Assembly: GCA_027923505.1 (NCBI GenBank)
Contig: BROI01000008.1
Span: forward strand, 186,001-250,000
Direction: 5' to 3'
DNA length: 64,000 nucleotides
Source: Mayamaea pseudoterrestris
Taxonomy: Eukaryota
The stretch's first letter is position 1; the number at the start of each line of letters is the position of its first letter. The notes beneath the pieces were generated by a model. That model searched no databases. It had not been told where the DNA came from and saw only the letters and a program-made list of their open reading frames with translations. Position numbers and translations under genes: made by a program. Below are positions 10,042 through 19,850 of the stretch, one piece after another.

Positions 10042-11709
10042 CTATGCTACAACATTATCCAGGAAGAATGTGGGTTGGTAGATTTCGCCGTCTGCGTTCT
10101 CGTCAGCGCATGTTTCATCGCTCGGGCACTCTTCGTCGTGGTCATGAATAGTATGCTCCGTTTCGCCTTCTCGGTCGGTGGTAGTAGGAGTAACATGTTG
10201 ATCCGTGACATTGACCTTTGTCCCACCATCAGGTTGTGCTGATTTTGCAAGACAGAGAATAGAAACAACTCCCTTGCTTATTCGACTTCTAATGGATGCG
10301 ACCGTGTTGACACCTATTCGAAAATTTTCAAACTGATAAATTGCCACCTTTATCATGATGAAATAGAAAATTGTCGATGCGAAAAGCCGTCCGCCGACCG
10401 TGAATGAAAATGGAGAAAGCAACTTCTCAGTCAGGCTAGCCAGACCGTCCTTTTGGCTCATCTCCTTATTGGCCCAATGTTGTCGCGAGGCATCATCCTT
10501 TGTCCAACTGTGTTGCTGCTGGCCTCCTCGAGCCTGAGGGGTTTCACACGCATGATGAGCCGTGGCGTTTAACGGAGCTACTTTTTCTTCTACGAATCGA
10601 CTGAGCACCCATGCAAACTGTTCAGGCCGACGTCGGTGCGGCGCCGATCCTCCGCCAACAATGTGACACCGGTTTTTGTCGAGTTTATAACGTTTGGTAT
10701 CGTGCTGCACCGCTCGTGCACTTGAGGGCGGCATGCTCATCATGACCCAAGGTGGTGCTGCTCTTTCGCCGTCACATATAATTCGAAAGGGGCACTTCAA
10801 CTTCTCAGACAGGAAGCTATCCAACGCAAACGGCGCAGTTGTCAAAAGCCTCTGCTGCTCTGCATTGAGATCCTCTTCTGCGGCGACTTGTTTCGTGGCT
10901 ACATCCAAATTTCCGCAAAGGATCATCCCCACCACCCGATGAGGGGCAAGCCGCATTGCCGTCTGAATAGCCAGCAGTGCCTCGGCATCACAGCCTACTA
11001 TCACAACGTGGTTCCATCGCAATGCGTCGAGGAGCTTTTTTATTATTCGAGTGTTGTCAAGTGCCCAGCTAGCATTCATCGAATGTTGCTGCTCTCGCCG
11101 TGACTTGTCATCAAATACGCGTTCACAGGCAATGACATTGAAGCCTCGAGAAGACAACTCCTGCGCAATTGGTTTCCAATGATCCACGTTTGGGCCAATA
11201 CATAGAAAAGGTATGGCAGTTGCCGAGTGTCTAGTAGTCCGTGACGACAAGGTGGATTTGCCAGCGTAGAAACGGTAGACGATCGGGGTGCCAGGTGATG
11301 ATACTTCTGCTTCGCTATCATCTCTATCTTTATCGTAGTATACTTCATTTGAGTGATTTCCGCCGGGCAAAGTATCAGGGGCTTGAACAAAGGGATCTTC
11401 CGGTCGTGCTGGTTGGGGCTGCGACGCATCATCATCATCGTCCGATTTATAAACATCTGCAACTACGAGTTGGCTTTGTGTATTAAGGTCTTCCGTTAAA
11501 CCTTCTTTGGGATCCATTTCTAATACATATTCATCTCCGTTGCTGCAAACAGTCGGATGTGCCGTCGTGTCATCTTGCCGAGGTATGACAAAGGGTCGCA
11601 CCAAATTCAAAGGTTGCTCAACCCAATTGAAAAATCCTTTGCTGTTGACTGTACGTGGCATGTAGCAGAGCCAAGCAAACACAAGTACCAATTTTGTAGA
11701 AGGCGACAT
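10042..11709 (-). CDS. Signal-peptide alpha/beta-hydrolase-fold protein with C-terminal TM, probably non-catalytic
   Basis: ATG at 11709 (MSPSTKLVLVFAWLC). Fold motifs W..IAQELSSRGFNVIA, LLDALRW.HVVIVG, APHRVVGMILC and PH...PEQF. Hydrophobic segment LFASTIFYFIMIKVAI. Confidence 0.65.
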   Translation of the reverse strand: MSPSTKLVLVFAWLCYMPRTVNSKGFFNWVEQPLNLVRPFVIPRQDDTTAHPTVCSNGDEYVLEMDPKEGLTEDLNTQSQLVVADVYKSDDDDDASQPQPARPEDPFVQAPDTLPGGNHSNEVYYDKDRDDSEAEVSSPGTPIVYRFYAGKSTLSSRTTRHSATAIPFLCIGPNVDHWKPIAQELSSRGFNVIACERVFDDKSRREQQHSMNASWALDNTRIIKKLLDALRWNHVVIVGCDAEALLAIQTAMRLAPHRVVGMILCGNLDVATKQVAAEEDLNAEQQRLLTTAPFALDSFLSEKLKCPFRIICDGERAAPPWVMMSMPPSSARAVQHDTKRYKLDKNRCHIVGGGSAPHRRRPEQFAWVLSRFVEEKVAPLNATAHHACETPQARGGQQQHSWTKDDASRQHWANKEMSQKDGLASLTEKLLSPFSFTVGGRLFASTIFYFIMIKVAIYQFENFRIGVNTVASIRSRISKGVVSILCLAKSAQPDGGTKVNVTDQHVTPTTTDREGETEHTIHDHDEECPSDETCADENADGEIYQPTFFLDNVVA

Positions 11710-12230
11710 ACCGGTAGGATTCGTGATGATGTTGCTATATTGTAAAGTATTTGTATCCAATCTTGGACGATGGACGACGACGTCCAGCCAAATCCTTGGA
11801 TTGCAATTGAAAGATCTTATGTGCGATACCGTACGTTTGACAGGGCAAAATATCTCAATTCTTAACTTTTCCACTCATTCATTCGTTCGTTACCTCTCGT
11901 TCAATCATAAATTCCTGTTGCTAATGCTCCATAGTCTACCGTCGCTAGGCGCACATCATGATGGTCTCGTCCGAGACGATGGAGGTCGACGCCCAAGAAA
12001 CGGTCCGACAGAATATGAGAATATTGAAAACTAGTCATGGAGGGAGAAAACGTGATGAAGCTACTGTGAAAACTCGTCATGAGCTTTTCAGAAACGCTTT
12101 CTTTTGTCAAGCGTTGAGCAGCCGTCGCAAGATTCGCGGTCGTTCCGAAGCCACCAGACCATTATTTGCAATCATCACAGTCAGTTCGATCTCTGCTGGT
12201 GCCCTGACTGTCAGCCCCGTGCAGTCAAGC

Positions 12231-14581
12231 ATGAGTCGAGCAGCACCCCGATCAGTCTATCAGATCGACTTCACGGCCGTTGCATGCGGCAAACGTGTGG
12301 CGTCATCGAAGCGACGTGTACGATGGTGAGTCGTCATAATAATATCTTTACAGCCCATTTTCGATCTTTAGCTGTAAATAGCTCATTGCCGTTCACTCGT
12401 TCCGTTTGCTCCCAGGAGATTCGGATTCGCCAATATCCAAGCTCTTGCGGCTGGAATGACGGGTACTGACTGTCGCGGGGATGAGCATGATGTGACATTT
12501 GTTTGGAGTCTGTCGTCCGGCAAACGGACGGTCCTCTTTGACGGACAGGAGGTGCATTACTCGAGCAGCCGTTCCGGCATCTTTGACTACTCGTGGACCA
12601 TGAGAGGAACAAGTCATGTTCTCAAGATTGTAGCGCATGCTACTCCGCCTATGTCGACGGCTCCTGGGTTTCGTCAATATGACCTATTTATTGATGGGCA
12701 GAGCTTTTTTCGCCTACCTAAAGTCTTTCGGCTGGGACTGACTTCCGGTACGAACGACCCGCGAGCATCCGCTGCAATGGCCAGGAACCATTCCCACGCT
12801 ACGCGAGGGAGCCGCCGCAACAATCCAGATGAGATTATCGAAGCAGAGATTCCGAGCAACCCCGACGAAGTATGTACGCGTGCGACTTTATATATGACAT
12901 GTGCCACAGAAACAGTATCCTTTGCCAGATTTTAACACGCATTTTATATTTAATGTGAAACAGGAAGAGGCATACTTGCAGGAAGCTATACGTCAGTCCC
13001 TCGAGAAGGATGCTAAGGCAGTTGCAGCCACGACAACTGATTTACTTAGTTTCGACGCCTTGCCTTCTCCTCCATCTCACATGATTCCCAGTGCCTATCG
13101 TGCGAACAACCTTTTGTTTGATGGCAATCCACAGCAACAAATGGTGATGCAGTATCAGACGGCTTACCCAGGATCAGAAGATTCTTTTGGATATGCGCAG
13201 CAGGCACCATTGGCCGCTCAATCAATGTCGACCTCTACCAATCCGCCATTTCCGGCAACAGAGCTGTGGGAAATAACAACCCCGCCGCCGGCGATAGATC
13301 CTGGTCAGCAGCCGCCATATCAAGTTGAATCTGGTGCGCAGCAAGCTTTTACCAATCAGAGTGTTCCTGCTTCCTCAGCAGCGACTCCCTATGTCGGGGC
13401 ATCCGTGGCGACGTATAGCAATGGATTTGCACGGCCAATGAACGAGACTGCTGTTCAGCCGTTTCCGCAGCAAGCACATACAGTGGATGGATATCATAAA
13501 CAGCAGCAACACCAACCGCCTGCGCCTATCGTCAACCATTCATATGGAGGATCTGGGGTTGGACCGACGACGCAATTGTCAGGCTACGCTATGTCCAACC
13601 AGTCGTCGTCCCAATGGACTCCACCGCCCCCTATCGTCACGACTGGCGGGTATGGTATGCCATCAGCGTACGCAAAGACGCAGCAACAAACTTCGGACGT
13701 ACCATTGGCAGTCACTCCGCAGGCAATAGCCACGCCATCGACGCTTGGATTTGGCTCGCCCGAGGCAAACTTTGCAGGATTTGGATCGCCTGCACCAGGA
13801 GGAAATCCGGCGCAGTTTGAAGGCGAAGAGAGAGCGCCGGGAGGGGAACAGCAGTCACGCCCCATGCGGGCGACGGATCTGTTCGGTGGTAATGCTGGGG
13901 ACATCAACGGGCAGCCAACTGGAGAAAAGCAGCCTATTTCGTTGGTTAACCAAGCCTACTTGAAGTTGGTTGATTTTGAGTCTTTTTCGATATCATCTAA
14001 AAATGACGCTCCTCGAACGAATCCATTTGAAACGAGCCCGAGCGTGGGCGGAACTAAATCGTTGGCGGATATCCAAGCCACTAAGGCTGTACGTATTTCG
14101 ATGATTGTTAGTTTGGACATTCGCCGCTTGATTCTCACGATACCTCCACGGATATACGCAGCAGCACTCAGGACAGCAAAGGGAAGTGATGAGGACTCCA
14201 GCTCCTGCTCAGGCAATGACAACAGCTCAGCATCAGAACTTTGCGCAAACACTACACCAGCCCCAAGCCGGATACGATCAACCGCCAGCTGCCTTTGTCC
14301 AGCAACCCATGGTGCAACATCACGTGCAGCAGCAGTATCAATATGGACAAGCACAGGATCATGATTTACAAGGAAGAGCGCATCCACATGCTCAACAGTC
14401 GCAGGCATATGGGCAGCACGCACCGCAGCTACAACAGCAGCCGTTTGATCCACCGACACCGCACTACGCTCCCATGCCACATCAGCCAGCGCTGCAGCAA
14501 ACGATATACGGTCAGCAACCTTCACTGTCAATGCAGCAACTGGGTCAAGCACCGTTTGGCCAACCGATGAACTATTTTTAA
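12231..14581 (+). CDS. Protein with conserved-looking N-terminal beta domain, UIM and Pro/Gln-rich tail (4 exons; endocytic adaptor-like)
   Basis: ATG at 12231. Introns 12326-12415, 12870-12963 and 14089-14161 give a continuous frame (RVRW|RFGFAN; PDE|EEAYLQEAIRQSLE; TKA|QHSGQQ). UIM-like helix plus DLL, DLF and NPF motifs. Confidence 0.7.
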
Positions 14582-14692
14582 TTGACAATTGATATCAAAC
14601 GATTGTTCGTTTAAATCAATGTTTGCATATCAACTGTATTGTAAGAACAGTGATTTCTTATCTGTTTAAAGTGTCATCATTGCACAGGTATG

Positions 14693-15928
14693 TCAGCTTT
14701 GTCGCTTGAATGTTGGCGAGTGATGGCTGCGGATCGACTCACATGCGCGTGTACGAGAGCGCTCGTGCAACCCATGCAGTATAATGCCCGCTGCTATTGG
14801 CAAGCTCAAAGAGTCGACCCCTTCCTTCATGTCAATTCGTAGCGTATAAGTGCAGGCATCGACAACTGGTCGCGAGATGCCACTCCCCTCACTTCCAAAC
14901 ACAGCCATCCACGACGCGGCAATTCCACCCTTTTCAACTCGTTCCAAAGTCAAATCAGTACTATGCTGCACCACTGCCGCATATGATTGAATTTCAAATT
15001 CTTGTGCAAGCACTTGAATGGCCGTGGGCAAGTCATGAACTCTGACGCATGGAAGGTTGAAAACATGACCCATGGACACGCGTACAGTCCGCCGATACCA
15101 AGCATCACAGCAGGTGGAACTGAGCAAAATGGCATCAACATTGAAGGCCGCCGCCGTTCGAATAATGGAGCCTAGGTTGGCACTATCCGAGACTCCGTCT
15201 AATGCTACTACCTTCAGTGATCGTACAGAATCGTTTTCGTTTAATGACGAATGCTGATCACTATGATGTTGAAGTTGCCCAAGGTACATGAGCAACCAAT
15301 TCCAGTCTCGCTCCTTGGGTACGACTCCGCAAGCCAGAGCTCCACGAGAAACTTCAAAGCCAGTCACAACACTCTGTATTGACAGATTTTGGGCAATGAC
15401 GACATCAAACGGAACGCATCCAAATGCTTGATGAATGTTGTCGACTTCGGCGCGCAAATTGACAGGGGCTTCAAACATGATACTGGGCTTGACAAAGATC
15501 GACTTCACTTGAATGGGGGAGAACGAAGTGTTGTTTTTTCGTTGCACCAACTGCTGCAGCAAGAGTCTAATTGTTTCCGTACCTTCGGCAATGAACAGTT
15601 GATCGTTCGCAATCCCAGCAACTGATGGACGCTCCTGCATATCAAAGTATGGATACAACGGTGATTCAGCATCACTCCTCATTCCTTCAATTGTCATTCT
15701 GGTCGCTATCTGGGCAAAAGATCCATTTGCTTCGATCCACGATAGCCAATTGGGTCGAATCGGACTCATCGCAAGATCTGCACTGGCAGCAGCAGCGCGC
15801 GATTGCTTTTCCAAAAACCTTTGACGCTTCGCTCGGTTGATAGATTTGCCATTAACATGCCCTTTTCGTACGTCAGTTACCAATGAAGAGGAGTCTCGTG
15901 CGCCCGGGTCCATGTCGGATGCCTCCAT
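14693..15928 (-). CDS. SpoU/TrmH-family RNA 2'-O-methyltransferase
   Basis: LDGVSDSANLGSIIRTAAAF, YRRTVRVSMG, FGSEGSG and IDM..GVDSLS (SPOUT motifs 1-3). Start is uncertain (15928 or 16039). Confidence 0.88.
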   Translation of the reverse strand: MEASDMDPGARDSSSLVTDVRKGHVNGKSINRAKRQRFLEKQSRAAAASADLAMSPIRPNWLSWIEANGSFAQIATRMTIEGMRSDAESPLYPYFDMQERPSVAGIANDQLFIAEGTETIRLLLQQLVQRKNNTSFSPIQVKSIFVKPSIMFEAPVNLRAEVDNIHQAFGCVPFDVVIAQNLSIQSVVTGFEVSRGALACGVVPKERDWNWLLMYLGQLQHHSDQHSSLNENDSVRSLKVVALDGVSDSANLGSIIRTAAAFNVDAILLSSTCCDAWYRRTVRVSMGHVFNLPCVRVHDLPTAIQVLAQEFEIQSYAAVVQHSTDLTLERVEKGGIAASWMAVFGSEGSGISRPVVDACTYTLRIDMKEGVDSLSLPIAAGIILHGLHERSRTRACESIRSHHSPTFKRQS

Positions 15929-16204
15929 TGTTGCATACCCGGCACTTTTTTTGTTGGTCGCCTCGACAGCTCGACAGCATGTCACCTTACCGGTACGACT
16001 CCAACCATGTCGGCAAGAGTTGACATACGTACATATCATACGTACTGTGTACCGTCCACATCGTACGACTATAGCTTACCTACGACGTAAAGATTTACAA
16101 CAGTGGATGTATCATGTACAATATGTGTCTGTCTCGCTAAAGTCATCACATATCCCGCCCTTATTCGCGTAGGCATCCAATTGTAGTAAGTAGTAAATAT
16201 TGTT

Positions 16205-17530
16205 TTACCTTTCGAAACGTAATAATTCCACGCCCAAAGTCGCCAAATTCACCAAGACTGCTTCTCCGGTCTCACTAAAGTTGGGAATGCAGATCAGGCG
16301 CGTGTTGCTGTCGTTGCATAGTTTGGTAGCAAATTTGTTAGAGTTTCCGCAAAAGTACACAGATGGACATATTTCGTCCAACACCATGGGATCCTGCGTC
16401 GAGTGCGGAGCCGTTGGCACAGAGTCGGGTCCAGTCGGGCAAACATGGCACCACTCCAAGGTCTGGCCAAGTGCATCGAGCTGAGTAATTGGACTGTAGT
16501 TTGCCCCGTCATCGTCATCTTTCATGGCGTCCGCATCTTCCTTGAGGACAAACTGGCACAAATCCTTTACGTTTGTGCCATCCGTCCCAATGACATATTT
16601 GCCGGCATGAGTCGCCGCATATGGATTTGGTGTCCGATGAACCAGCTTGCTAAAATGCTGGCTCGTCCGCTGCAGCAGTGATCGGTGAATAGGTCGTTGA
16701 GGCCAATTGGCCGTCGTAGGATCATCCTTGCCCGGAAAGACATCCATTGGAATCCCAGTTGACGCCAGCGCAGTGCAAAATGCGTCGAGTTCCTTGATTG
16801 CGGATGCATCTGCACTCGTCAAGCCTCCGGCCAATATGATGCGACTGACACTAAAAGCCTTTTCTGCACCAAACCGCCCTTCGAGAAAGGAAACTAGCAG
16901 TTCGCGTGGAAGAGAAGGCACAGCTGGATCACCACAGTGTATACCAGACACTAGAAGTAAAAAAGGAGTCGATGTATTCTCCTGTAACGCTCCCGCAGCT
17001 TGTGGATTGGTGGGGTACTCTGGCAACGCTGGCGAATAGACCTTGGTGACATTCAACACGCCGTCGCTTTCGACTGTTCCCTGAACCGCCAAGACAATGC
17101 CAGTTGGATAGAAATGCTTGTTTTCCACACGAATCTTGGCGCGTCCACTTTCGTCCTCCAAGAAGAGAGAATCGCCCGCGCGACAATGCGAGTTCGGGTG
17201 GAGCGTTGTCTTGTCATCGCCTGGCTCGCGCACCACAGTTCCGACTACGACGGATAGTTCTCCTTCGACTAGTTCCAAAATGCGGTCCACGCGACGGGCT
17301 TGATCGCTATTGTTTGTAGACTCGGCAACTGTCTTCCAGCAGCAAGGGCGAAGCATGCAGAGTCGCTGATAGTACACGTGCGAGTACTGCTGCAAGTAGG
17401 GATGAGCGCTTTCCGCTTCCGTCTTGGCTACCTTTTGAGACGGCTTGATAATATTTGTTTGAAATCGCTGCCATTTGGGAGTATGTGAGCTGTATGCGCG
17501 AGTCATGGGAGCGACTGTGACGACTGTCAT
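16205..17530 (-). CDS. POLD2: DNA polymerase delta small (B) subunit
   Basis: QQYSHVYYQRL, LFLEDESGR, FPGKDDPT...WPQRPIH, CPTGPDS, P.VYFCGN and IPNFSETG..VLVNL. Confidence 0.93.
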   Translation of the reverse strand: MTVVTVAPMTRAYSSHTPKWQRFQTNIIKPSQKVAKTEAESAHPYLQQYSHVYYQRLCMLRPCCWKTVAESTNNSDQARRVDRILELVEGELSVVVGTVVREPGDDKTTLHPNSHCRAGDSLFLEDESGRAKIRVENKHFYPTGIVLAVQGTVESDGVLNVTKVYSPALPEYPTNPQAAGALQENTSTPFLLLVSGIHCGDPAVPSLPRELLVSFLEGRFGAEKAFSVSRIILAGGLTSADASAIKELDAFCTALASTGIPMDVFPGKDDPTTANWPQRPIHRSLLQRTSQHFSKLVHRTPNPYAATHAGKYVIGTDGTNVKDLCQFVLKEDADAMKDDDDGANYSPITQLDALGQTLEWCHVCPTGPDSVPTAPHSTQDPMVLDEICPSVYFCGNSNKFATKLCNDSNTRLICIPNFSETGEAVLVNLATLGVELLRFER

Positions 17531-17982
17531 GTTTCCTGTGTACTTAATGGAGTTGCTGCTTGACTGCTGTTAGTTTTTCCGGCGACAAAGTGCTGAGCCA
17601 ATGTGAAGCTGTGCGATAACTTGTAGTACAATATATTGAGTCTCTTGTCGTATCTAGCTGCCTTAATGAGTCAAAATTACTTAGTGATGGCGACCATCGA
17701 TGAGAGCGAGCTACTTGTACAATTTGCTGGTGCTGCCATGGTCGAAGCAAAGCCACAACATTCCGAGGACGTGCCTGGCGTCGAGCTGGCCGGCGTGCAA
17801 ACCCAAAGTCGAGGTCCGTTTTCCAATCAGCTAATGTACCTATACCTACATGTAGCTCCGACAAACGTGAATGCCTACTGTAGCGACGCCATGGAACAAC
17901 ACGGAAATAACATAATTTGATATGACATGTCATTCTTCTTACTGATGAGCTGAGAAATAGAAAATAGCGTAATGGATGTTAA

Positions 17983-19536
17983 TTATAATCGGAAAACAGT
18001 CTTGCATGCCAAATCATCCGCTGCCATTGGTGCCCGCTTATCGAACTCCTCCGCAAACATCTGTCGCGTCACTTTCTTTTGAATACGAGCCATTGAACGC
18101 TCTTCTTTATTCAATGCCTTGCGTGCCTTCTTTTCGTCAGCCGACTCGGTCTTAGGTCGAGCCACTCCTCGATTGACGCTGCGGAAGGTGTCGGCGTCAG
18201 ACTGGGCTTGCTTCGTGCGACCCGACAAGACGCCGAGCGGTAGACCTGTCTTGGCGGATAGCTCAATCTTTTGAACTATTTCCTCATCTGTGTATTCGCT
18301 ATGGTTCTTAACTTTTCGTCGCCGACTGCGCGACGCTCCAATGAGGACAGGATTGTTATCCAAATTGCTGTATGTCGTTAGAATGGACTCGCAGTCCCAG
18401 GGATTGCGTTCTTTAAGAGAATAGTACGACTGTCCGTCGATCAAAACATCTTCAGGTGGAGGCGCATGCAGTGGCTCGGCCAAAGCAGCCGTGGCACAAG
18501 CCAAGACTTGGTAAATTGTCTCAGATGGAAGTTGATCGCCATAACCTATATTGTGAAAGGCACTCCCACCCCTTCGGCTCGTATCTCTTCCGTAAATTAA
18601 TACATCGTCTTCCTTATCCAGCAGGAAATCATCCATGACGCCGTCCAATTGTTCATCGTCGGCCTGGATTCGATGATGATCTTCGTCGATGGCGTCAACT
18701 TCGCAATCACCAATCTCGTCCGAGTCATATTCCGCCAAAGTTGCTTCAAATTTTTCGCAAAGCGCGCGCTCCTGATCGGGAGTCAATCTAGAAACCACGC
18801 CTGGAGTGTGGAAAATTGAATCATCTTCGTCAAACTCGTCATCGTTGTCGTCTTGTTCACGCAGCGGCTGCAGTTTGGAGAAGAACTGATTGTCGCGCAG
18901 GCCCCACGAGTGATCCACCGATGGCGGCGGATGCTCCCTTTCCAGTCGCGCCTTTTCCATGAGCTGTTGAATGTGACGATCGAAGTCAAAAACATCTTGC
19001 TTGTTCTCTGGCTCAGACGCCGCCAAGAACACAAAGTCGTCATTAAGCTCCTCGAAATTGTTTTCAACATCGTCGCCAAACAATGCAGCCGCAATGTCGT
19101 CATCCATAAACTCCGTCGTGATCGGAATTGAATCCATCTGTCGATTAACTTCCATTAGTGTCTCCTCCTCTAGTTTCAGAATCATGGCTCGTGGGTCCGC
19201 CAAGGGATTCTCAACATGCCCCGTCTTGCCGAGAAAGGTTCCAGTGCCAGTTATCTCTTTCAGATACGCGTCCGAATCCTGAGCATCCAAAAGTCCCACT
19301 TCCGCCAATTTTTGTCTCCACTCCTGCATAAGACTATCATTGCTTCCAAGCACTATTTGGTTCGTTTTGGGGTCGTTTGACGGACTCGGCCAAAGGACCA
19401 TGCCGTTGGACATGGCGGCATTCGCCGACGACGATGACGAAGCTGCCACATCCTCAGCAACATCTCGCTGCGAGCGATGCAGAAGCGAGTAAGTGGAAGC
19501 GTTCTTTTTGTCAATGAAGGGTTTCTTCTTGCCCAT
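17983..19536 (-). CDS. LTV1: 40S ribosome biogenesis factor LTV1
   Basis: MGKKKPFIDKKNA..YSLLHRSQRD, WDCESILTTYSNLDNNP..I, and C-terminal ESADEKKARK...KEER..AR..KK. Confidence 0.92.
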   Translation of the reverse strand: MGKKKPFIDKKNASTYSLLHRSQRDVAEDVAASSSSSANAAMSNGMVLWPSPSNDPKTNQIVLGSNDSLMQEWRQKLAEVGLLDAQDSDAYLKEITGTGTFLGKTGHVENPLADPRAMILKLEEETLMEVNRQMDSIPITTEFMDDDIAAALFGDDVENNFEELNDDFVFLAASEPENKQDVFDFDRHIQQLMEKARLEREHPPPSVDHSWGLRDNQFFSKLQPLREQDDNDDEFDEDDSIFHTPGVVSRLTPDQERALCEKFEATLAEYDSDEIGDCEVDAIDEDHHRIQADDEQLDGVMDDFLLDKEDDVLIYGRDTSRRGGSAFHNIGYGDQLPSETIYQVLACATAALAEPLHAPPPEDVLIDGQSYYSLKERNPWDCESILTTYSNLDNNPVLIGASRSRRRKVKNHSEYTDEEIVQKIELSAKTGLPLGVLSGRTKQAQSDADTFRSVNRGVARPKTESADEKKARKALNKEERSMARIQKKVTRQMFAEEFDKRAPMAADDLACKTVFRL

Positions 19537-19850
19537 TGTGAAGGGGGTCAGTAGTAAGTGGAGTTTAAATAGCCGAGCAAGCAACAAGCAACAAGCAATC
19601 GTTTCCTGAAAAAATGATGGAACGAGGGCGATGAAGGGCCGTCGAATGGGTCATGAGATCGTACGCAGTGCCAGTCAGACATTGTTACATAACCGGTCGG
19701 ACTTGAGGATGGAGGATCGAAGAACCGCGCAACCTCGAGAAGGCTTGCATCATTCGATTCCGAATCCTTCCATTGCGGATCCAGTTGGAGGCGAGAGGGT
19801 CGCGCACAAAAACCATTACAAGTCAACAATTATAAAACGAGTAATCAACA

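Noticed and set aside
17544..17933. Short ORFs on both strands between POLD2 and LTV1
   Set aside because: No homology cues; the region must hold the POLD2 promoter and the LTV1 3' UTR.
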